NCBI RefSeq assembly: GCF_004010195.1
Contig: NC_057718.1
Coordinates: 2,795,929 to 2,829,814 of the forward strand
Direction: 5' to 3'
Source: Chiloscyllium plagiosum
Lineage: Eukaryota
DNA length: 33,886 nt
Position numbers and translations under genes: made by a program. Below the pieces are notes generated by a model. The model made no database searches. It was given only the letters and a program-made list of their open reading frames with translations, and had not been told where the DNA came from. Numbering within the stretch: position 1 is the stretch's first letter; each line of letters starts with the position of its first letter. Of this stretch, positions 22,898-33,446 are shown piece after piece.

Positions 22898-24410
22898 TCT
22901 CTAGGACCTGATCATGCGTACCCTAGAACTCTTTGGGCAGCTAGAGAAATGATTTCTGGGCCTCTTGCTGACATATTTGTATCATTGATAGTCACAGGTG
23001 AGGTTCTGGGAAATTGGAGGTTGACTAATGTGGTGCCACTGTTTAAGAAGGGTGGTAAAGGTCTCTGGCGCTGCGAGGCAACAGTGCTAACCACTGTGCC
23101 ACCGTGCCGCCCACCGAAGTTGTTGGAAAGAATCCTGAGGGACAGCATGTGCAAGTATTAGGAATAGTCAACATGGTTTTGTGCGTGGGAAATCATGTCT
23201 CACAAACTTGATTGAGTATTCTAAGGAAGTAACAAAAAGGATTGATGAGGGCAGAGTGGTAGATGTGATCTATATGGATTTCAGTAAGGTATTCGACAAG
23301 GTATTGCTAATCAATGGGAGATTGATTAGCAAGGTTAGATCTCACTGAAAACAGGAAGAACTAGCCATTTGGATACAGAACTCGCTCAAAGGTAAAAGAC
23401 AGAGGGTGGTGGTGGAGGGTTGTTTTTCAGACTGGAGGCCTGTGATCAGTGGAGTGCCACAAGGACCGGTGCTGGGTCCTCTACCTTTTGTCATTTACAT
23501 AAATGATTTGGATGCAAGCATAAGAGGTACAGTTAGTAAGTTTGCAGATGATACCAAAATTGGAGGTGTAGTGAACAGCGAAGAGGGTTACCTCAGATTA
23601 CAACAGAATCTTGACCAAACGGGCCAATGGGATGAGAAGTGGCAGATGGGGGACTTATACACTTAATGGTAAGGTCCTAGGAAGTGCTGCTGAACAAAGA
23701 AACCTTGGAGTTCAGGTTCATAGCTCCTTGAAAGTGGAGTCGCAGATAGATAGGATAGTGAAGAAGGCATTTGGTATGTTTTTCTTTATTGTTCAGAGTA
23801 TTGAGTACAGGAATTGGGAGGTCATGTTGCAGCTGTACAGGACATTGGTTAGGCCACTGTTGGAATATTGTGTGCAATTCTGGTCTCCTTCCTATCGGAA
23901 AGATGTTGTGAAACTTGGAAGGGTTCAGAAAGGATTTACAAGGATTTTGCCAGGGTTGGAGAATTTGAACTACAGGGAGAGGCTGAACAGGCTGGGGCTG
24001 TTTTCCATGGAGCGTTGGAGGCTGAGGGGTGACCTTACAGAAGTTTACAAAATTATGAGGAGCATGGATAGGATAAATAGAGAAAGTATTTTCCCTGGTA
24101 TTGGGGAGTCCAGAACTAGAAGCCATAGGTTTAGGGTGAGAGGGGAAAGGTATAAAAGAGACCTAAGGGGCAACCTTTTCACACAGAAGGTGGCACATGT
24201 ATGGAATGAGCTGCCAGAGGAAGTGGTGGAGGCTGGTACAATTACAACATTTAAGAGGCATTTGATTGGGTATATGAATAGAAAGGGTTTGGAGGGATAT
24301 GGTCCGGGTGCTGGCAGGTGGGACTAGATTGGGTTGGGATACCTGGTCGGCATGGACGGGTTGAACCGAAGGGTCTGTTTCCATGCTGTACCTCTCTATG
24401 ACTCTATGAC
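22898..24410 (+). mobile_element. CR1 RT through 3' tail
   Basis: Translates to SGVPQGPVLGPLPFVIYINDLD, KFADDTKIGG and LYRTLVRPLLEYCVQFWSP, with a 238-aa C-terminal ORF and a ctctatgactctatgac tail. Confidence 0.97.
23060..23112 (-). mobile_element. 5' head (tRNA-derived A-box region) of an HE1-type SINE embedded in CR1
   Basis: The reverse complement gggcggcacggtggcacagtggttagcactgttgcctcgcagcgccagagac matches the head of the SINE at 27091. Confidence 0.9.
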
Positions 24411-25935
24411 CCCTTCTGTACTATATCCTAAGAAGAATTCATACTCTCAACAAACTGTATTTCAGCACCATCTTAAACATAAACAACTGTAAGTACAACA
24501 AACTTTTATATACCCACCTCCATAATCAGCACTCCTCAAACATTCCAGAAGGTTACCCTGGCTCTAGAATTGCTCGGACGCCATTAGTCGTGAGGCTGGT
24601 ACATGAGGCTGGAACAGCTACCATTCCCCCGGTGATTGATGACGTCACTTTCGCTCCCATCATGGCTGCTTCACGATTTCACATGCACCACACGTGACAT
24701 CACTTCCGCCCCTTACGTCATCGCTGAAGTCACATATTGAGCGACTTCCGCGCCCCCCCACTGCCGTGTTCGTCACCACTTCCTCCCCCACCAATGCCAC
24801 TCATCTGCATACTGCCGACACGGCCCCCCCTACAGGTCCCATTGTCATCATCCCCACCTCCCAAAGCCAAGTCGGATGACTCCTCTCCCATTCCCATCAC
24901 CACCACGCCCACTCCTAGGTCTACACCTACACCAGCTCCTAGCTCGCAGCCCTGCTGAGTTTTCACCATTCCCCAGACCTTCCCCTCACTGAGGACAATG
25001 ATCAGTCTGCAGCAACGGCCTTATCTTTATCCCCCTCCATCCATGCATCAATGAATTTAATACTCATCGTGACATCAAACACTTCTTCTGCCGTGTCCGC
25101 CTCCGAGCTTACTTTTTCAATCAGGACTCCTGCCCACCTTTGGAGGACCCTTTCATCCGCCTCCAACACACTCCATCCACCTGGACACCCCATGTTGGCC
25201 TATTACCCGCCCTCGATCTCTTCATTTCCAACTGCCACCGAGAAATTAACCACCATAACCGGTCTACACCCCTCCCCCACTCCAACCTCTCACCCTCACA
25301 ATGTGCAGCCCTCCACTCCCTCTGTTCCAATCCCAACCTCACCATCAAACCAGCGGATAAAGAAGGTGCATTGGGGTTTGGTGCACTAACCTCTACACCG
25401 CTGAAGCTAGATGCCAACCCGAAGACATCTCCTCCTACCACCCCCTTGACCATGACCCCACCTCCCTATCACCAAACAATCATCTCTCAGATCATCATCT
25501 CCCACAACCTCATCACCTCAGGAGATCTCCCACCCACAGCTTCCAACCTTGTAGGCTGGGAACCCCGCACCGCCCAATTCTACCTCCTTCCCAAGACCCA
25601 TAAGCCTGACTACCCCAGCTGACTCATTGTCTCAGCCTGCTTCTCCCCCACTGAACTCATCTCCACCTACCTTGATACTGTCCTATCCCTCCTAGTCCAG
25701 GAACTCCCCACATACTTTTAAAACACCACCCACACCCTCCATCTCCTCCAAGACTTCTATTTCTCCCGCCCCCAATACCTCATCTTCACTATTGACATCC
25801 AGTCCCTCTACACCACCATCCACCATGACCAGGACCTCCAGGCCCTCTGTTTCTTCCTCTCCTAATGTCCCCAACAGTACCCTTTCACTGATACTCTTAT
25901 TCATTTGGCTGAACTGGTCCTCACACTTAACAACT
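24411..25935 (+). mobile_element. Penelope-like retroelement, N-terminal region and partial RT, frameshifted
   Basis: Translates to LTIKPADK, PRTAQFYLLPKTHKP, LIVSAC..PTELISTYLD and IFTIDIQSLYT (RT motif A). It is truncated by a CR1 fragment. Confidence 0.9.
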
Positions 25936-26197
25936 TTTTTATTCCTGATATACCTATTGACGGCCTTAGAGTTTTCCTTGACTGTATCTGCCAACAACTT
26001 CTCGTGCCCCCTCCTGGTTCTTCTTAGCTCTCCCTTTAGATCTTTTATGGCTAACTTATAACTCTCAAGCCTCCTAACTGAGCCTTCATGCCTTATCCTC
26101 AGATGAGCCTTCTTCTTTGTCTTCACAAGAGCTTCATCTTCTTTAGTAAACCATTGCTCCCTCTCTCAACAACTACCTCCCTGCCTGATAGGTATAC
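25936..26197 (-). mobile_element. CR1 tether-region fragment
   Basis: Closely similar to 19700-19958 and ends at a nearly equivalent position (ctccctgcctgataggta). Confidence 0.9.
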
Positions 26198-26361
26198 ACT
26201 ACACACTGTTTTGTCACTGTAGATGTAATGATGGGAAACACTGGTTCATGTCCATTTGCCACAACCAATCCATTACAAAAAATAATGACAGAAGGACAGT
26301 AAATCAGGAATGATCAAGAGGGAGCCATTAAATCAGCAGAGAAATCTCCGACGGTGGGCTG

Positions 26362-26675
26362 CTGTGTGAGTGATGATGGGGGTGGATTGGGGATGATGGG
26401 TGAGTGATGATGGGTGGCTTGGCCTGATGGTTGAGTGATAATGGAGTGGGGTGGAGTGATGGGTGGGTGATGATGGGGTGGGGTGGGCTGATGGGTGAGT
26501 GATAGTTGGGGTGTGGTGGGGCTGATGGNNNNNNNNNNNNNNNNNNNNNNNNNNNNNNNNNNNNNNNNNNNNNNNNNNNNNNNNNNNNNGGGCGGGGATG
26601 ATGAGTGAGTGATGACAGGGGTGGGGTGGGGCTGATGGGTCAGTGATGAAGGGGGTGGGGAGGAGCTGATGGGTG
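26362..26675. repeat. G/T-rich minisatellite (~30-33-bp unit resembling gtgagtgatgatggggtggggtgggctgatgg) containing a 61-N gap at 26529-26589
   Basis: Read directly from the sequence. The inverted paralogous site (17330-17397) has only about two units. Confidence 0.85.
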
Positions 26676-26679
26676 AACA

Positions 26680-27860
26680 GGAATGACACACTGTACAACC
26701 TGGCTGTTTCACAGCATCACAATAAAGTTGAGCTGCTGCAATTATCCAGCAGTTATCAGGTTCCTGCAAGTTGTGTGGGCAAGAGTGCAGTCTGCCGGGA
26801 GAATGAGCAAACTGAACATGATACCTTGGGACAGGGAGTGATTCAAGTGGGGATGAGAAATAGCAATGCCATTGTGGGAGGGGACAGTATAATGATGGGG
26901 GTAGATTATGCTCCCTATAGACATGAGCGTGATTCCTAAAAGATTTGCTGCCTTCCAAGTGCCAGGGAAAAGGATATCTCTTCAGGGCTGGAGAAGAACT
27001 TGGGACCAATGACACTGGGAGCACAAGAAAGGAAGCTTTACTGAAAGACTTTAAACAATTCAGAACTAAATTATAACACAGAATCTCCAAGGGTGGCACG
27101 GTGGCTCAGTGGTTAGCACTGGTGCTGTGAGGCTCTGCACAGCACCAGGGTCCCAGGTTCTATTCTAGTCTTGGGTGACTGTCTGTGTGGAGTTTGCACA
27201 TTCTCCCCGTGTCGATGTGGGTTTCCTCTGGGTGCTCCGGTTTCCTCCCACAATCCAAAGATGTGCAGGTCAGGTGAATTGGCCAAGCTAAATTGCCCAT
27301 AGTAATAGGTGCATTAGTCAGAGGGAAGTGGTTCTGGGTGGGCTACTCTTCGGAGGGTCGGTGTGGACTGGTTGGGACGAAGGGCCTGTTTTCACACTGT
27401 AGGGAATCTAATCTAATCTCTGGATTACTGCCAGGGCCACACGCAATCTGGCACTGGGCAAATACCGTCAAGCAGTTCTATATGTGACTCAGAGTCTGGT
27501 CTGGATGGAATGGGTTTTGATTTGTGGGGCACCAGTACCAGTACTGGGTAAAAGGGACAGGCTTCACTTGAATCGTGCTGGGACCAGTGTTCTGGTGAAT
27601 CAAATAACTAATATACAGAGAGAGCTATAAACTAATTAGAAAAGGGACAGGGTTTGGTAGAAATTGTCTGGGGTCTGACAAAGCAAGGGGAGACAGCAGA
27701 CAGGAGACAACAATACCCAGAATGGGACAGGAACAGACAGAGGATACAAACACAGAAAAACAGCAGTGAATAGGGTCACCAGGGGAAATAATATTCATGA
27801 CTCTACTTGAACGCACAGAGTATTCAGAACAAAATAATGGCCCAATTGCAGGTTAACATA
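26680..27860 (+). mobile_element. CR1 ORF1 esterase region and ORF2 start, interrupted by a SINE
   Basis: Translates to AIVGGDSIMMGVD and LNAQSIQNK. It is the inverted paralogue of 16370-17330. Confidence 0.85.
27091..27418 (+). mobile_element. HE1-type V-SINE, near full length
   Basis: Has a tRNA-like head (tggctcagtgg A box and ggttctattct B-box-like motif), a V-domain (ctgtgtggagtttgcacattctccccgtg...ggtttcctcccac) and a CR1-like tail ending in (aatct)n. Confidence 0.93.
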
Positions 27861-27999
27861 GAGTTGTTCAGGAGATTCAGATTAGCCTTAAATGTTCTTT
27901 CTCTTTCGTTCATACAGCCAGACCTACTGAGTTCCTCTAACATTCTCTGTGTTTGCTCCAGGTTTCCATCATCTGCAGTATTTTATCTTTTGTACCGAA

Positions 28000-28395
28000 T
28001 GTCTTTTCCAAGGTACCTTTATCGGAGGTACCTTTCTCATATGAAACATCTTTACAACAAAAGACTGAAGATGCCCCAGGGAGATCTTCAGCTTATAGAA
28101 GGCCGACATCAATGGCAACAGCTGCTGGGTGGTTTCAAAAATTAAGTCAATGTAATTTTAATAGGGGCTTTTAATGGGCCAGTACATTGTTTTAGAGTCA
28201 GAAGTTGATGACAAATCTTAAAGAGAAAGGAGGCTTAGAGTTGTAAATAATTGTTGTTTAGTGTTCACTTTTAGAGTTAAAGAATAAATTGATATTTTTT
28301 TCTTTAAATAGTAGAATTTGGGAATTCTCTGTCACTCATACTTTAACAGACTACAAGGTATGATGAGCTTTTCTGGGTGTTTGGTTTAAGAAGCA
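28000..28395 (+). mobile_element. Probable LTR, 3' portion
   Basis: 28028-28083 matches the reverse complement of 13950-14006. AATAAA occurs at 28283-28288. Confidence 0.45.
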
Positions 28396-28404
28396 GAGAG
28401 ATGA

Positions 28405-28738
28405 GTATGTTATCACATACTCAATGCACTGACCAATAAAGACAAGTGTACCATCTGCCTTCTTCACTATCTTATCTAATTGCCATTCCACTTTCAAGAA
28501 ACAGAGCACTGCATCCGAAGACCCTTGGTTTGGGTCCAGCAAACACTTCCTTTGCTTCCCACAAAGTTCTTGGGTATACCTGATCAGATCCAAGGGATTT
28601 ATCCAGCATTCTGCATTTTGAGACATCCAGCACCTCCTCTTCTTTAAGTTGGACACTTTTCAAGATATTATCAATTATTTACCCAAGTTCTTCTCCACAT
28701 TAAATACTTACGTTAAATATTTGTTTATTATCTCACCC
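28405..28738 (-). mobile_element. Two short CR1 fragments joined by a deletion
   Basis: DKSLGSDQVYPRTLWEA is fused to LKVEWQLDKIVKKADGTLVFIGQCIEY. Confidence 0.85.
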
Positions 28739-28749
28739 ATTTTCTCTGG

Positions 28750-29100
28750 TAAAAGTTAAAGTGCTGAGAGAGCCAGTGCTGAAACAATGGACCCAATGGC
28801 TTCTTTCTTCATCAGAACCTTTTGTGATGGTGGGAACAGTGAGATTCCACTCTGTGCAGCAAATGTGGCTTCCCTTATTCTGTTTCCTGTGCTCAGTTTG
28901 CAGCTGGTGTTCAAAAAAAGGTAACCTCAATATCAGGCAAATTGTCAAAACCACATTTTGTGCTGGCGATCCCCCTCTTTGTTCTGTAGATGGTGTAATC
29001 CCCAGTTTATTCCACATTATTGTGTGTCCTTGGAACAGCTGGGAAATGGTAGGAGCACTGAGGGACACTCTACACTCCCAGTGAGTGTGAGGGGGTAGTT
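28750..29100 (-). repeat. Fifth, partial copy (E) of the intron-like sequence of the leader cassette
   Basis: Similar to 3930-4270 and 32445-32790, and inverted relative to 9285-9548. No leader exon is attached. Confidence 0.88.
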
Positions 29101-29102
29101 CA

Positions 29103-29296
29103 GTTGGTCTCTTGCACAAAGGTTAAGAAGCTGTGGCTGTCAAATCTATTTCTGGATCTTGTCTCAAAGCTGACGTTCTGCTGGACAAGGCGAGTGTCAC
29201 AGAACGGTTTCAGTTGAGCTACAATGGATGGGTGAGGCTGGTATAAGTCAGATGAGTGTGGCACTACAGCAACAGATCACCTGGCAGGAGGGGCTA
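29103..29296 (+). pseudogene. Possible decayed protein-kinase exon (subdomains II-V)
   Basis: Translates to VGLLHKG*EAVAVKSISGSCLKADVLLDKASVTERFQLSYNGWVRL, then after a frameshift YKSDECGTTATDHLAGG. Judged by eye only, and contains stops. Confidence 0.3.
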
Positions 29297-29639
29297 CACA
29301 CAGCAGCAACAGAGAGAAGATTGCACTCTGTCCTTGTTTCCATCAGATATTGTGTCGAGTGCTCAGGCATCCAAGATTCGAAGATTTAAAGATTACAAAG
29401 TACAATGTGAAAATGAACAGGAAATACTCTCCATGTCCTGACCATCAACATCCTTCCTTCCATTAACTCCATCACACAAACATGAACTGGCATTCAGCAC
29501 ATTCATCTTTGGAAAATTCCTGGCTTGAAACAGACTCAGGATTCGGTTCTGTCACAGATACTGAACTTCAAACTGGTTCACAGTTTGTGAGGTCGTGAAG
29601 ATGTTTTAGTGGAACAAGTTCAATATTATTGATTTTCCA

Positions 29640-32360
29640 CCCTTCAGTGGAGTAATAGAGCCACAGCATCATACAGCACAGAATCATACCCTTTGGTCCA
29701 AACTGTCCACGGCGATGTAATCCCAAACTAAACTAGTCACACATGCCTGCTGCTGCCAATGTCCCTCCAAGCCTTTCCTATTCAAATACTTATCCAAATG
29801 TTTTTTAAACATTGCTATTGTACCTACATCCAGCTCTTCCTCAGGTCATTCATTCCACCCTCGAAATTCCCTCTGTGTAAAAAAATTGTCTGTCATATCT
29901 TTTTAAATCTCTCTCCTTTTACCTTAAAAATGGGCTCCCTAGTCTAGAGATCCCTCACCCTAAGGAAAAAACGACATCCATTAACTCTTTCAATAGGTCT
30001 CTTTATTTTATACCCTTCTATCTGGTGGCCTCCCAACCTATTATACTCCAGTGAGAAAAATCCCAGCTTATCCAGACTTTCTTTGTAACACAACCTTCCA
30101 TAGGCATCAACATCCTGGTGAATCACTTCAAAAACATCTTCAGTTTAACAATATACTTCGAGAACTGGGTGACCAGAACTGTATTCCAGAAGAGGCCTCA
30201 CCAATAACCTGTACAACCTCACATCACTGTTGTCCCAACTCCTATAATCAAAGGACGAAACAATGAAGCGAAGTATGAAATGTCTTTTTTTCCCACCCTG
30301 TCTACAAGTGATGCAAACTTCAAAGATTTCTGTACCAACATCCCGAGGTCCTCAGCTGAAACATTCCTCACATCCACTTTCCTGCTCTTCCCTGGAAACT
30401 GGTTATGAACCAACAATCTCAGTCTTAAACATACACAAGCTCCCACAGCTCTCTGGAGCAAGGAACTCAAAGGCTCACAATTCTGTCAGAGAAGACATTC
30501 TTCCTCATCTCAGTCTTAAACTGGTGCCCTTTAATTCTGAGACAGTCTCTCATCTGAGACTCTCCCGTGAAGGAAACATCCACTCCACATTTACACTGTC
30601 AAGCCTCTTAAGAATCCTGTACACTTCAAAGAGATCACCTCTCATTCTTCTAAACTCAAGTGAGTAGAGTTCCACCTTGTTCAGCCTTTGCTCATAAGAC
30701 AATCCCTCCATATCAGGGATCATCCTAGTGAACCTTTTCTGAACTGCCTTCAATGAAGTAAATCTTTCTTTAAATAAGGTGAACCAAAACTGCTGACAGT
30801 ACACCTGATGTGGTCCCACCATCACCTTGTCCAGTCGCAGTAAGACTTCCTAACTCTTACACTCCAACCCCCTTGAAATAAGGACCAACATTCCACTAGC
30901 CTTCCTGATTATCTGTTAACCCTGTCTTAGATTAGATTAGATTCCCTACAGTGTGGAAACAGGCCCTTCAGCCCAACAAGTTCACACCGACCCTCTGAAG
31001 AGCAACCCACCCAAACCTATTCCCGTACAATTATCCCTGACTAATGCACCTAAAACTACAGGCAATTTAGCATAGCCAATTGACCTAACCTGCACATCTT
31101 TGGACTGTGGGAGGAAACCAGAGCACCCAAAAGAAACTCATGCAGAAAATGTGCAGACTCCACACAGACAGTCACCCAAGGTTAGAATCAAATCTAGGAC
31201 CCTAGTGCTGTGAGGCAGCAGAGCTAACCACTGAGCCACATGTCACTTCCTGAGCTTTGTGTATAAGTTTACCCAAGGCCATTTGTGTTGCAGTTTTCTG
31301 CAATTTCTCTCCATTGAAATAATATTCTGAACTTTTGTTCTCCCTTCCAAAATGAACAATTTCACTTTTTCATACATTATACTCCATTTGCAAGTTAAAT
31401 GATCAATCAATATCTCTGTAGACTTCTTGTATCTCTCTTACAAACTGCGTTTTCACTTTTTTTCTGTGTTCTTCAAATATTTCTCCCGTCCATTGATTAC
31501 CTTTCTCCCAGTCATTAATATAAATCGTAAACAGATGAGGTCCCAGCACTGATCCCTGTGGAACCCCACTGGTCACGGTTCACAACCTGAAAATGAATCC
31601 CTTATCCTTTTTCGCTGCTTCCTGCCCATGAACCATTTCTCTAGCCACAATAGTATGCTGCCTCCAATACTGTGGGCTCTTATGAAATGAATTAACCTTC
31701 TGTGAGGTACCTCTCCAAATCCCTCCCGAAGTCTAAATACGACACATTTACTAGTTCCACTCTCTCCACTCTGTGTGAGACTTTCTCAAAAAACTCAAAT
31801 AAATTAGTCAGATACAATTTCCCTTTCATGAAGCCACACTGACTCTGCTTGATTAGATTATGATTTTCCAAATATTCTGCTATTACTTCCTGAATATATT
31901 AACGTGATTTTGTTTTCTCCATCTAAGGGCAAGGGCTTGTCCTGATTGGAGTTTAGAATGAAAAGAAGGTTTGAAGCATCTCAGTTTCTTTGGGCCTTGA
32001 CAGAGTGAATATGGAGAGGAGGTTGTTTCAATTTGTGGGAGTGTCTGGGACCAGAGGGCAAAAGCTCATAGGAATGGGTCTGTGATTTAAGATGGAGATG
32101 AGGAGGAATTCCATCTCTCAGAGGAAGTGAATCTGAGGAATTCTTTACCACAGAGGGCTGTTGAGGTTGAGTCCTGAAGTAACTTTGAGTCTAATAGCGA
32201 CAGATTTTTAATCAGGAATGGGGTCCAGGGTTATGGGGAAAAGGCAGGAAAGTAGAGATGGGGACTATCAGAGCAGCCATGATCTCACTGAATGGCAGAA
32301 CCAACACAATGAGCTGAATGGCCTAATTCTGCTGCTATATCCTCTGGTCTTAAGGTCCAG
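29640..32360. mobile_element. CR1 mosaic of cassette D (mirror of 9600-12009)
   Basis: Translates to LKAVQKRFTRMIPDMEGLSYEQRLNKVELYSLEFRRMRGDL and has the same fragment junctions as cassette B. Confidence 0.9.
30927..31240 (-). mobile_element. HE1-type V-SINE
   Basis: Has a (ttaga)n tail at 30927, an antisense V-domain (gtgggaggaaaccagagcaccc, actccacacagacag) and the head ctaaccactgagcca. It is absent from cassettes A and B. Confidence 0.93.
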
Positions 32361-33234
32361 TTGTGGCATTTAACAGGTTATTGGATGGTTGTTTAAACAT
32401 AAACAATGTGTTGGGTGAAGGGGAAAAGACAAGCATTGGCACTAAGTTAAAGTGATCAGAGAGCTGGTGTTGATACAATGGGCCCAATGGCTTCCACCTT
32501 CATCAGAACATTCCTGTGATTCTGGGAACAGTGAGATTCCACTCTGTGCAGCAAACGTTGCTTTCTCTTTTCTGTTTCCTGGGCTCAATTTGAAGCTATT
32601 GTTTATAAAAGGCAATCTTATCTCAGCCAAATTGTCAAAATCACATATCCTTCAGTTAGTCTCTCTCTTTGTTCCGTAGATGGTGAAATCCCCAGTTTGA
32701 TCCACAGTATTGTTTGTCCATTAAATATCTGGGAAATGGTGGGAGCACAGGGGGACTCTACACTCTCAGTGAGTGTGAGGGAGCAGCTTGAGAATAGAGA
32801 ATTAATGTGAGTGTCAGCATGGGTCCATTGGTGAAATTCACTCTGAATCACAAAGCTGTAAATTCACCAACTTTGTAAAACAGGAGGTTGTCTTTCATAT
32901 CCACCCCAAAAACGACCCAATGAACATACAGACTAATCCAATCCACCTATAATACACACCTTAATGTGCAGTCTATCCCTCAATCCCATTCTCCCAGTTA
33001 ATGAATGACAGAAAAGGATGGGAGGAACACTTTGTTTTCTGGTCTGTGTTCCCAACCTGTGGAGCTCTGCAGCAGCTGTACCGAACAATCCCCAGACAGT
33101 GATAAATTCTCCTTTTGATACTCCCCTCCAATTCTCAATGTTCAAACTTATAGAATTCACACAAACTCCACAGCAGCACAAACCATAGACGGGTCTTTTA
33201 TAACAGGTTAAACTTCTCCAAAACAAAAACTTAC

Positions 33235-33286
33235 CCAAAGCAACACTGAGGAACAGAGTTATTGCAAATAGAGCTCCACTCTTCAT
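33235..33286 (-). CDS. Putative signal-peptide exon copy D (MKSGALFAITLFLSVAL-G), the best-preserved copy, partial gene
   Basis: Has a basic n-region, hydrophobic h-region and small-residue c-region in 52 nt, then a consensus G|GTAAGT donor at 33234-33229. Confidence 0.6.
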
Positions 33287-33446
33287 CTCAACCCTGTTTC
33301 TACACACAGTTTATTGTACATCCAGCTAAAACAATGAAACACAAAGTGTCCCAGCTGATTGCAGTTCATTTCTCAGGAGGTAAAGAAGTTAAAGTGTCAG
33401 TAAAGAGAAATCAGTGACAATAAACCAATGGCTGCTCTCTTCTGAG

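Noticed and set aside
23611..24327. 238-aa ORF as a host gene
   Set aside because: It is the C-terminus of CR1 ORF2, immediately followed by the CR1 3' UTR and tail.
27091..27170. tRNA gene
   Set aside because: The A/B-box-like motifs continue directly into a V-SINE body and tail, so this is a SINE head.
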